A stretch of 64,000 nt of DNA from IMG/VR virus record IMGVR_UViG_3300014205_000212, positions 1-64,000 of that record; one strand, written 5' to 3'. How positions within the stretch are numbered: the stretch's first letter is position 1; every line of letters begins with the position of its first letter. Positions 57,901-64,000 of this stretch are shown here, one piece after another. A program made the position numbers and the translations under genes. The DNA comes from a virus. Taxonomy: Duplodnaviria; Caudoviricetes. The notes under the pieces are model-generated. The model was not told the origin of the DNA. It did no database searches and saw only the letters and a list, made by a program, of their open reading frames with translations.

Positions 57901-60900
57901 ATTATAGCCTTATCAACTGATGTCTGTGAAAGAAAATCATTTATTACATCTGTTTCTGTTAATGAATATTTAACTCCTCTACTTATTCTATCTACTACTT
58001 CATGATATACTCTTGGCATTATATCTCCTTGCAAAGTTGAATAATTACCATTAGTCAGTCCTGATACAGCCCAATTAGTCATAATTTTTAAAGCTGGATC
58101 CTCATTACTAAATGTGTATGTTAATGGAAATGTACTTAAACCGGTATATACATTATATCTATTTAAATCTAATGAATTTAGTGGTATCATCTGAGTTCTA
58201 TCCCCGGCAAATATTACTTTAGTATTTACACTTGCGAATTTATTTTTAAGATTAATTATATCTTCTTTTGTTAATGTAGAACTTTCATCTATTACTACTA
58301 CATCATATTTAGAAACATCAATCTTATTATCTTTTAATAAATCTTTAGTTAAAATTGTATCTATAGATGAACTATAAAATTTTAAACTATTTTTTGTTCC
58401 TGTTAATAAATCCTCAGTTAATGATACTACAGCAATTTTTAAATCTGTTTTGGTTAATGATTTATGCAATAATAAACTCTCTACTAATACTTGCATTGTC
58501 TTTCCTGAACCGTAGGCTCCTGATATGCTTAATGCGTTTTTAAATTTAATATTATTAGTTAAACCGGTATTATACATATCTAATACTGACATTCCATCAA
58601 TCAAATATGATACTATTAGTTTTTGAGATTCTTTCTGTTCTTCAGTAGATATATTAACTTTATCTTTAAGTTTTGATAATATAAGTTTATCTACATCATT
58701 TAAGTTAACTGCATTCATTTGAGTTAACAGATTTATAATATATTTACTTCTTGCACCAATTAATACACTAGATACCTCACTTGTAGATACTTCTCTTAAA
58801 CTTTCTAAAGTAGATACATTAGCAGTTTCACCTTTAACTAAATAATTAAATTCATTAGTAACATTTAATTGCTTTTTAATATTATCAATTAGTTCTTGCG
58901 TAACTAACTTTTTGCCATTTAGGAATTTATATAATGTATCAAATATTTGATTTAATAACTTATTATTTTCAAGTATTAACTTTGCATTATCATTAGATAT
59001 ATCTAATGCTTTATCATTTGATAAAACAATATCTTTTAATAATTCTACTGCACCTTTTAACCCAGCTTCATTAAATATGTCAGGAATAGCTTTTTGTATT
59101 TCTTTTATTGCATATACCTTATTCTTACAATGTATCTCTTTCGCTTTATTATTATAAGCATCTCTACTCTGTCCTAACTGTTTTACTTTATCAGATAATA
59201 CCTGTGCTTCTGATTCAAGTTCTATTAGTCTTTTAGATAATATTTCTAATTCTTGATTTGATAATGTTTTTTCTCCTAAATATAAATGCTTCTGTATTTG
59301 ATTACTTACTCCTAAAATATTTTTTGCTTTTATAAATTCATTCATAAAATGAATAAAATTCTGCAATCTATCTATTTTAAAATTTATATCATTTATATTG
59401 AAATTTTTATTATTTATTAATTCCTCTATAGATACTAATTCATTTTCTATTCCGGAAGTAATATAATTTCTATAATGTGTTTGTTCATCTATTAATTGTT
59501 CATCTGAAATTGTTAAAGCTGATTTATCAACTATAATTTCAGGATTATCTTTAGTTTCTACAATATACTTATTATCCTTCTGTAAATGCTTTCTAACTAT
59601 GGCTCTTTCAATTCCTTTTTCTGTTTTAACATTTACTATCTCTCCTGATGAAAAATCTGTTAATTCTCTTGTATTTGAGTTTCCAAGAAATGACTTAAAT
59701 CTATTTAATGTTTCTAATGTTGTTTTCACACTTGCATTAAAAGACATTAATTCTAATTCATCTGTTTCTTTAGATTCTGTTTCTTCAACTACTTTAGTGA
59801 TATTACTTATTATATTTTGTATCTTATTTGATAGTAATTGAGAAAAGTCATTCTTCATAGTTACTAATGGAACATTATCTGTTAATGTACCATCTGTATT
59901 AAATATATATGAATTTAATTCTTTATTTAACCTATCTAATTCATTTGTAGTTTCTTTTGTAGTTCCTTTTGTATTTATTATAGGATTAAACTCTGTAAGT
60001 TTAGTATTATAATTAGTTCTTTTAATTTGTAATGCATCTATATTCTCTTTAGTATTTAATTTACTTATATAGTTATTAAATTCTAAATCAAAATCCCTTG
60101 TATTTAAATATAACTGTTGATTTACAAAAGCAAATCTTTTATTATATTCCTTTAAGTATTTTGGACTATTCCTAAATTCATTCGTAATTTTTTCTTTTTG
60201 TTGTTCGAAATATTTATCCGTGGAATCCTTTACTGTTTCTGTTATAACTTTTAATTGTTTTCTTCTATCATTAATAAATGCAGGAAATGCTGTTCCTTTT
60301 TCTATAGTAGTCAGATTTTTATAATCATTTAATAATCCTCTTTTAAAAATAACATCTTTCCTTTGTAATTGATCGAGTTTTAAATATGCTTCTTTATTAC
60401 CATTTAAATCTTCATTAACCTTATCAATCTCTACTTCTATTTTTGCTTTCTCTTCTTCGGTCTTTGCTTCACTTAAAGATGTTGTTAATTCGTTTAATTT
60501 AGTTTTTGCTTTCTTTATATCTCTTTGTACATTTAATGTCTTAAATACATAGTTATCTTCATCTGATTCATTTGTTAATGCATTCCAAATTAAAGGATTA
60601 CTAGTTTTAAATTCTTCTCTATCTTCTAATCTCTCATTAATTCTTCTTCTATATAAATCATATAAATATTCATTCTGATTCTCTACAATATTTGTATTAG
60701 TATTTTTCCATGGAATATTATATTCAACTTCATATTTTTGTTGATTTGTCTTCTCTATAGTTATTGGTTCTCCATCAATATTTAATTCATTACTTCCTAA
60801 TAATCCTTTTGAACCTAATGTAGTTAAATGATCAATTAATTTAGTGGCTCCTGCTATTCCATCTTTATCAATTATTTTATCTATACTTTCACTTCTCTTT

Positions 60901-62507
60901 CTTCCTACATCTCCCATTATACCGTTTCCTATGGCACCTGTTAATCCTCCAATCCAAAATGATGAATTAATATCATCCCATGTGTTATACATAGAATATA
61001 AACCTTTACCTTCAGCTAAATCCTTTTTAGTTGAATATATCTTTTTAGCTTCATTAAATACATATCTTGATAATGCATTACCACCAGCTTCTGTACCTTC
61101 TTGTAATCCTTCTCTTACAAATCCTTCTACTATTTGCTTTCCTTTATTTAATACAGGATTCGACAACTTAATATATTCTGAATCTCCTTTTATAAATTCA
61201 ACAGCTTTCTTAATAAATGTTTGCTTACCTTCAATACTATTAATATTAATATTGTTTTGTTGCATATATTCTTTAGCCTTATTAACATCTTTAGTAAGTG
61301 TCTTCATTGCATCATCTCCAAGACCTCTCACTAACATATCAGCACTTATAAGTCTTTCACTTAGAAATACTGTTGCTGCATCAACCATTGACATATTTAA
61401 TGCTTCTTGATGAGATAATCCCATCGCTCTTGATGCATCATAAGAAGGACCCATAACTTGTAATGCCCCAGCTCCTGCAGTCATAGTAGCAAGAGATTTA
61501 GATGTCATACCTAATAATGATCCTCCATATCCTGCTATATACATCTGTGCTAAAGAACCTATTCCTTGTCCTACATTCTCTAATATCTTTGCATAGTCCT
61601 GATTCCATTTAGCATTTATTTGTTCTTCAGAAGGTATGTTTCTCCATTTATTTAGATAATCTATATTTTCATTGAAATATCCTTGTACTGATTCATTATA
61701 TTCGTTTTTAGTATCTTTATCTATTAGTCCTAATATAGGATCTGTAATAATTGGTTTTACTAAATATTCATTTAAAATCTGCATAGGTGTATAAGGCATT
61801 CTTACTATACCAGCTGTTACTTCATAAACACCTTTATATAATCCTTCTAATGACGTTATTCCATACTTATCATATGTACCTTCAAAATTATCAAATGCTC
61901 TATATCCAGGTATTGTATAAATATCTTTATCAGGATTATCTATTCTAGCATAATATTCACCAGAATTTTCATCATAAAATATTCCTGATTTATAATCTAT
62001 CTTTTCTTGTTGTGTCATAGGTCTATCAATCCATTCTCCTGTGGCACCATCATAGAATTTTGGTTTAGCTAATACTTTATCCAAATCATTGATATGACTT
62101 CCAAATTCATTAGTTATAGGATCAATATAATCATATTGAGATTTATCTGTATTTATTCTTTCATATCCTCTTCCTTGTATTCCTGTATTAAATATGTCAG
62201 AACCAGAAAATATTTTTTCTCTTGGACCTACTAATGACGGATTTTCTATAATATATGTTTTTAAATTATTTACATAACTATATAAACTTTCAAAATCTTT
62301 ATCTTGAATATCTGGATTTTCTGTTTTTATCTTATCATTAATACTTTTATAATAATCAAAATCATGTAACACTAATTCTTGATTAGTATTAAATGCCATC
62401 ATCAATTCATCTACAGTTGCATTTGGAGAACTAAATACTGTCTTATATAAATCTACTTTAGGTTTTTCTATTACTTCTTCTTTTGGTAAATTATCTTGCT
62501 CTGCCAT
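45963..62507 (-). CDS. Giant virion RNA polymerase polyprotein (with SF1 helicase, zincin and nuclease-like domains)
   Basis: 5514 aa. DFDID at 50310-50324; GAYGSGKT 58497-58520; VVIDES, FAGDRTQ, YTALSR; HEIFH 55350-55364; HEIAH 46365-46379; GELDII...IYDLKT ~48260-48340. Confidence 0.85.
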   Translation of the reverse strand: MAEQDNLPKEEVIEKPKVDLYKTVFSSPNATVDELMMAFNTNQELVLHDFDYYKSINDKIKTENPDIQDKDFESLYSYVNNLKTYIIENPSLVGPREKIFSGSDIFNTGIQGRGYERINTDKSQYDYIDPITNEFGSHINDLDKVLAKPKFYDGATGEWIDRPMTQQEKIDYKSGIFYDENSGEYYARIDNPDKDIYTIPGYRAFDNFEGTYDKYGITSLEGLYKGVYEVTAGIVRMPYTPMQILNEYLVKPIITDPILGLIDKDTKNEYNESVQGYFNENIDYLNKWRNIPSEEQINAKWNQDYAKILENVGQGIGSLAQMYIAGYGGSLLGMTSKSLATMTAGAGALQVMGPSYDASRAMGLSHQEALNMSMVDAATVFLSERLISADMLVRGLGDDAMKTLTKDVNKAKEYMQQNNININSIEGKQTFIKKAVEFIKGDSEYIKLSNPVLNKGKQIVEGFVREGLQEGTEAGGNALSRYVFNEAKKIYSTKKDLAEGKGLYSMYNTWDDINSSFWIGGLTGAIGNGIMGDVGRKRSESIDKIIDKDGIAGATKLIDHLTTLGSKGLLGSNELNIDGEPITIEKTNQQKYEVEYNIPWKNTNTNIVENQNEYLYDLYRRRINERLEDREEFKTSNPLIWNALTNESDEDNYVFKTLNVQRDIKKAKTKLNELTTSLSEAKTEEEKAKIEVEIDKVNEDLNGNKEAYLKLDQLQRKDVIFKRGLLNDYKNLTTIEKGTAFPAFINDRRKQLKVITETVKDSTDKYFEQQKEKITNEFRNSPKYLKEYNKRFAFVNQQLYLNTRDFDLEFNNYISKLNTKENIDALQIKRTNYNTKLTEFNPIINTKGTTKETTNELDRLNKELNSYIFNTDGTLTDNVPLVTMKNDFSQLLSNKIQNIISNITKVVEETESKETDELELMSFNASVKTTLETLNRFKSFLGNSNTRELTDFSSGEIVNVKTEKGIERAIVRKHLQKDNKYIVETKDNPEIIVDKSALTISDEQLIDEQTHYRNYITSGIENELVSIEELINNKNFNINDINFKIDRLQNFIHFMNEFIKAKNILGVSNQIQKHLYLGEKTLSNQELEILSKRLIELESEAQVLSDKVKQLGQSRDAYNNKAKEIHCKNKVYAIKEIQKAIPDIFNEAGLKGAVELLKDIVLSNDKALDISNDNAKLILENNKLLNQIFDTLYKFLNGKKLVTQELIDNIKKQLNVTNEFNYLVKGETANVSTLESLREVSTSEVSSVLIGARSKYIINLLTQMNAVNLNDVDKLILSKLKDKVNISTEEQKESQKLIVSYLIDGMSVLDMYNTGLTNNIKFKNALSISGAYGSGKTMQVLVESLLLHKSLTKTDLKIAVVSLTEDLLTGTKNSLKFYSSSIDTILTKDLLKDNKIDVSKYDVVVIDESSTLTKEDIINLKNKFASVNTKVIFAGDRTQMIPLNSLDLNRYNVYTGLSTFPLTYTFSNEDPALKIMTNWAVSGLTNGNYSTLQGDIMPRVYHEVVDRISRGVKYSLTETDVINDFLSQTSVDKAIIFLNQEEADKFIASNPGLVGKEDFIYVIDPNKSQTKYKNIQGLRMKNIYIAIDFPNYAKYSQYTDDRLKGNVFYTALSRVSNYGYISMIGITSLKYDKKPTWWIDDIKTDIASVNVLNKEKALETKKLEAIYLDKIIYGDDKVKDIKQNASKGINAEVIKAKENINKEDWYVIPSLNNITCKILSDDVNSNGEVSIQLYDDKGNETDKSLINYNLLEKKENKNIEEVNKDSLSIQINEEEVDISVGDVFFINDGNMVELKSIKLNNTVPVFELTNGKIFNQGEFISYINPKVDKTLESKLNKVFKVSDSNLVFGTNFTYIEGLSKEPITQERKDNKRLFTKFIFDNLNINNLELIYLKEASLADAKFRGSNILAIKFVPNQQELKEYMYKLNKTNKELHDYIVNKFTDANGDILLDDDFLFLTVLMDTFKSTELTNENRITNYNRTEAEIEEEINNGFQTSNPSLNQLNLNTARLRKKGFDLSKKDNLEQVSLGLINLSSNESVKGTVIYGKQEQPISSFIESIQNQTSKSDIKFNTKVLFDSLNGRTRLIVRWDYGQINNSSPWVVANTRKLNTSIVNNYIEEDLLMIEEILKDKITPQVNSIINSLHIIQILNNNKSLFSSEELGVISKYLNVVQGLNSITRINTNYEGIKNSSLLDIYAKGFTGINAEVRMLKAFLINLQSGINKTGKKNNEELEISYLTSKLDERYDYLKFSKDGYDITSDEVKEKVITNAEDIHMPYNFFNINNLVDNENKSNDDTYDAELTREKVIDDRLLNKMLRANLTSSIEESNSIINNILGEELWGKNTLYENELVNKGRKCFGLLKDGSIRLRLQNGGVNNPTIRHEIFHVIWNYYLTEEQKTEIYEEVSEVIGIDNKDHAEEWMANKYGYKHQSDKFESIYTVKGLLQRFMKWLEGVYNRYILQTNKLNDLLEEIESGYYKDKSPIINNHHVTKMSSDETLNEEEHLLEEEYDTESSEIINKKVKKSKKVTYQELNKLLGRNVQSLRNEIAHSFVQQSFYSSLSSVKGNNISDIYSNLLQFYKDNEVDAEYKVNIGSEEYSLNELNFDQAKNIESDSDFKKYLRFQLSKKDVFDAIFFDIVSDTNPETLQRMKTTDAMTWSKQFKPADLISNNLKLILETLPYRNIEAFNGKIKLGRWDNKTFFSKHDIESLINEISDRINKRGLKEKSFLLEFKDEILEYVKQQPITTRRAQVAYNLIARLFDTNVVINDTEKVSFEKYIMQADIRKDKESKLRRDELENILNHFGSLNNSLHLQSGFTAEVKQTKNGEIVTTTNINNTNVASLTNEMSQQMIMHMFGFNDRMYESIMNKFVSKKYKQFIVTSDSLSIILGNNVIKLITTEDGVVQLTDEFKSNALFYILKLKKLFGLNGIAPTTFLNLLKDSEATELRVKQIIPNFKTMAPKNKIGENFIANGLLNMFKATYNNINQTLGIEELRNSDTYKDYFGENAPEMSDAIKELYNQDVKNLNVFNDEIEEYKKTIGIYGEKSSVSDKQKMMDEEASEYDNFVGNDFHKPTDLYTFLNVIADMDLQIRPYDRISMIRRKDNTREFKLIQKNSLSRIMNNPKQVMEDIKTELNDNETQAILTSNLVDDNGELLYPIIGTSSNHKNTMTLEYIKPFKGIEGYKGTLQPTSIDLNKMMLGMFIESVKKSSASKLERLSLSLNTVSDTESLFKAEIIFDNNGTERMFYTVLNNGQIESIKLNDNLINNHVDLEFKRLKRENSLSTRRWKRFSKYLLDTKLFSANEMTDLLSDEKDIFKPGNHLLLYNAFESFQNRLSEENKKAFYQAVLLNLKDGKDYIVSKTKEVDKITGKEKIKTIILPGLALTYQSYIKNSKLNYNRVFNYENSVKWESDKSTSNRDKLFALTYREYTNKLYELKTMLPKDVASLNGVDGGVYYDKNNNLNPLLKGHFFSYMFTNQNIMPLIMNHTTAFSDLSKQTKYLGPTTTPANYANIGESISEDGIELKAKYYIIDDQGYNNDTYIKDEKLGKSIPRNDGGMTSFPIFSRLIIKNFGGETNVPFQGKVYKTLLVDHDYVTDNHHTIKHSSEDITTESYNINLLDRIKLDSMLFSWDQDNIDSFKENDLGEYTFNGRAKFMKYFASTKSIEKASDMLIEDLNKDENKKIIKSNIPWGIAGTTNSKSGTEIVNPFNFEGIYATNDKGEVVTQRLYGREFNTRNLGFVLNPYQDIENTKNVQLMHQILSIIGTGEETNKDNANDIFTAFSLIYDMENANIIEEIGNDFDSWLRTTGLSSINRSKYAGALGEVLSTKTLSLQTNNVRIPLIQIIRNYMTSSLIRQKVNGIRSTQLSGDGILIFEDANGQTRLLNSIEKEFGTIDNLTLTEAKKNGTFGEFKVRDLKTLDITKEGLQEAEVVASYSHFKKYGFLETENINDARFLYYTTKEGDLKKVAHTLIDEKIVEELKTSVINREKTILLRNEDKEVLSLGDYITALETFEDSLNLYLVRVPSSRLGFGIPAKIIGFIQDKGNVIYINPKLTILNDSDFDIDQLQVYYKSASASLKASGISILSDIKELDSYNKLNDYIIEKIKSVYNIENAENILLESSVDAINDIANNSIKVTETEDFNNLTEKEQKKYLKLRDRGFANKSFNLYNTMISQYEMTNSGLRSIDILAKSLSTVSYLMQLKEEQLSSLMPGFKDIVSLSKVKGLKSIPIRIGDYLVLAIDNIKNSSLGKMGVDETTSPIVPILLMLGYNDIQIKLFLNEPIIKSVYADVKEGFNVLESKQEHRILDIINRYLLNIESNTKRIYEREKEYKQSYDKAKIFVTRDTITKQVVINNPNKLYVFGDNIENYESPIGPGKGIKSIRGMENALNIIDSGDLSLMNIEAYKTHVDSRINKVLSRSKEGKIVILHKEELGKSIKETFPLHYKYLNSKFNEMKIALMGEQEEIELDEQDLSNIDDIIKENTELLTTLQDIVSKSEWIRRFGSVVGTRNGLKVNDFEFASTISEIEKMGMSIDDLLDNKEWQSNNHEENFKLSDNEYYRAKLAEERLSSGTTIVRDTYNYNTTEVVKKMIEQQQYVSLASDKTHYVDRNTEGEIEYYYQRSSDYLSTIKGKKITSVKSVAIEVGNMSDEILRKYFNGVSLKYEDYASAFTSKDVFDKYVTYLKSLKEGFELRGEKVYASNIKLKSRELEGEIKGIKSDNIGVAGELDIITVDKKGSFRIYDLKTMTQKSYDNYNNEYESGNAIYESKAKANKDQLNLYDKLLLLNLNVSTVNNFDITKETSGLNILPVIVSYNEQGVISDINDKPIISVKKWTNDESKFYVDRVIKVRPSNIGKGELLTEALIRRERNIYSNGNLVEIARSFPHFMKNISLIRQQRDLEKDYFYMYSDAIKEIEQYHLRRNELQKWDYQNNMINFQKLFAKPINDIYFKQYYSDRTFDLSTKELNIFGQYSSNENILQKLNLSLLSDRELFISKFPEFFITFRDDVKELTDLQIMEKYPEYNFSPDQLNKLRRSDFFSQIETTGFEGTQTLILRNSMEINENTIKKYVDEFRSFPNKIKELMQIYEIIQRDLKFINGSILHVMGVDWMKNYSESIKAFESKLSDKNFRDNIASQLSDIMFNSYRGSNFYSKEKHSTDIYGARPDVVLKKVYLDKKLYQFKHIKKSLDNLYLDTNAVWVNNNQVDTDKVIKKATSFELIKVFSAEEESDMNKDNFIPIIKTFLNGYNYDPKSVYSTKTGVLIKAVPIDNTTVKFVKADVNEESANLLEKIKELNSKFSLDSTDLKFMDGLRLNRENLTMFIQYLQSMVPGLKINIFTTEQMNEHLGRPINTRALVHNGEIYVNSDIVLTTDLVHEIAHLWFKTLRISDKSKYNELVEEAVTMINENHELSEMIKQKFERNNIKYTPGDLVEEIICTVAGLSSEKAVRDFMLNNNNIKFNDSKAINEIWNYIANKRGEIYNALNNTMNKDGILNTEISFAEFKNTNTQKVNC

Positions 62508-62508
62508 A

Positions 62509-64000
62509 TTATTTGTCTAAAATTAAATTTACAATATTTTGATTTTTTGGATTTGATAATAGTTGGGTATTATAATGATTTGCTACATCATTTCCTTTTC
62601 CTTGTAAATACCATGCTTCAGGAATTGGAATAAGAACTTCTATTGCATGATAACTACCTTCTGCATCAGGAGATGATGATACGGGCTGCATTTCATAATA
62701 TTTACTTCCATTATCTCTAGTTTTAGAAACTTTTTCATATACATCTTTTACTCCAAATGTATTTTTTAATATATCTGGTATTTCATCGAATGTGTCATCT
62801 GATTCCCATATAAAAGAACTTTCTTTTGCTTTACTATAATTTACTTTTTTTATTCCATCTACTGTTGTTACTATTTTATCTTCATCATCTTTCTTTAATT
62901 TAGCTTCTGGTATTTGAATATCCTCTATTAAATCTGAATTATCTTTATTAACTAAAACAGTTGCAGTTATATATTTTTCTATTACAAGATTTCCTTTATT
63001 ATCAACTTCGTAATCGTTTATTAATTTTCCTGTTTCCGGATCCTTTTTCCTTTTTGGTGCTTCTATTATATCAGTACCAAATTCTAATAATTCAACTGTT
63101 CCTGCTTGTTTGCCTTTTATATTTAAAACATTCCCATTAGTTTTAATTATAAATGAACCATTATTAAATTCAGAAGTCAATAAATCGGTAGAAGTTCCAT
63201 TTTCTTTTTGACTATTATTATAACCATAATCTTTATTTAATTTTGGAACTTCTTCATATGATGATGCACTTACAGTTCTAGCTTCATAATCTTCTGTTCC
63301 TATAAGTTTTCCATTTTCAAATACTGGAATTAATAATTTTTGAAGCTCTTTTGTTTTATCAAAATAACTTCCTGATGAAATTGCACCCCAGAAATTTACT
63401 TTTGGTTCTGTAGCATCATTTCCACTTCCACCTCTTTGTAATTTATTTAAATCCCAAAATTCATCTATACTTTCTGTATATTTAGTACTAACATTTTGTT
63501 CGTATTTTGATATTGCTAAATCTCTTATATATTTTTTAACCATATTATTATAACCAATTCTATCTTCTGATTTTGTAAAATCAAATGAATTAGTCATTTT
63601 TTTATACATCATATCATAATCTTCAAAATAATATCTATTTATATCTTCACTTGTTAAATTAACTTCCTCTTTAATCCCATCTTCATTAGTTTTAGATATA
63701 GTTGATTTACCATTTAAAGTTAATGTTTTTAAACTATTTCTATATTCTATTTCTATATCTTTTTTATTATCTATTAGCGTTTTTATTAATTCAGGTTTAT
63801 AATTAATATCATTTTTTTTATCAAATTGATGTGCTAAATCCAATTTCGCTGTTTCTGATAATTGATTGTATATATTATCTACTAAAGCTAGAAGTTCAGG
63901 TTCATTTGTTGTATATCCATTTTTAGCTAAATATGCTACTACTGCTCCATCATTAGCAGTTAAAGAAACATATGATTTTTTCCCATTTGCATCTGTAACT
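62509..64000 (-). CDS. Large virion/ejection protein, 5' part beyond the window
   Basis: The frame of track ORF 62509..63843 stays open to the right edge (VTDANGKKSY...). Confidence 0.75.
   Translation of the reverse strand, partial: VTDANGKKSYVSLTANDGAVVAYLAKNGYTTNEPELLALVDNIYNQLSETAKLDLAHQFDKKNDINYKPELIKTLIDNKKDIEIEYRNSLKTLTLNGKSTISKTNEDGIKEEVNLTSEDINRYYFEDYDMMYKKMTNSFDFTKSEDRIGYNNMVKKYIRDLAISKYEQNVSTKYTESIDEFWDLNKLQRGGSGNDATEPKVNFWGAISSGSYFDKTKELQKLLIPVFENGKLIGTEDYEARTVSASSYEEVPKLNKDYGYNNSQKENGTSTDLLTSEFNNGSFIIKTNGNVLNIKGKQAGTVELLEFGTDIIEAPKRKKDPETGKLINDYEVDNKGNLVIEKYITATVLVNKDNSDLIEDIQIPEAKLKKDDEDKIVTTVDGIKKVNYSKAKESSFIWESDDTFDEIPDILKNTFGVKDVYEKVSKTRDNGSKYYEMQPVSSSPDAEGSYHAIEVLIPIPEAWYLQGKGNDVANHYNTQLLSNPKNQNIVNLILDK

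Noticed and set aside
36590-64000. Genome-wide stop-codon reassignment, introns or inteins
   Set aside because: Very long ORFs are intact in the standard code and no intein or intron signatures were recognised.

Overview
This is a 64-kb segment of an AT-rich, Bacteroidota-infecting tailed phage, most likely crAss-like (Crassvirales). The minus-strand arm at 36.6-64 kb is a virion module. It holds two paralogous tail proteins, a CHAP/lysozyme-like hydrolase, and three very large putative ejected (cargo) proteins, including a 5514-aa polyprotein with the DFDID motif of crAss-like virion RNA polymerases. The plus-strand arm at 6.6-36.6 kb carries replication/recombination genes (DnaB-like helicase, SMC-like ATPase, SSB-like protein, PD-(D/E)XK nuclease, DUF932, RusA-like resolvase, JAB/RadC, HNH) and many small ORFs. 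The minus-strand arm at 1-6.2 kb carries GroES-like, XRE, radical SAM and MmcB-like genes. Main discovery: five arrays of integron-like single-gene cassettes are scattered through the early/replication arm (11.9-13.1, 14.1-16.1, 17.2-18.4, 21.8-23.2 and 33.6-34.5 kb). They contain 16 attC-like TAAC...GTTA hairpins, and 14 gene bodies have mutually complementary ends. A conserved 37-bp attI-like site closes three arrays, with a degenerate copy at a fourth. Several start codons lie inside the hairpin loops, and no integrase is recognisable in the window. All protein calls come from motif recognition by eye; no database searches were run.
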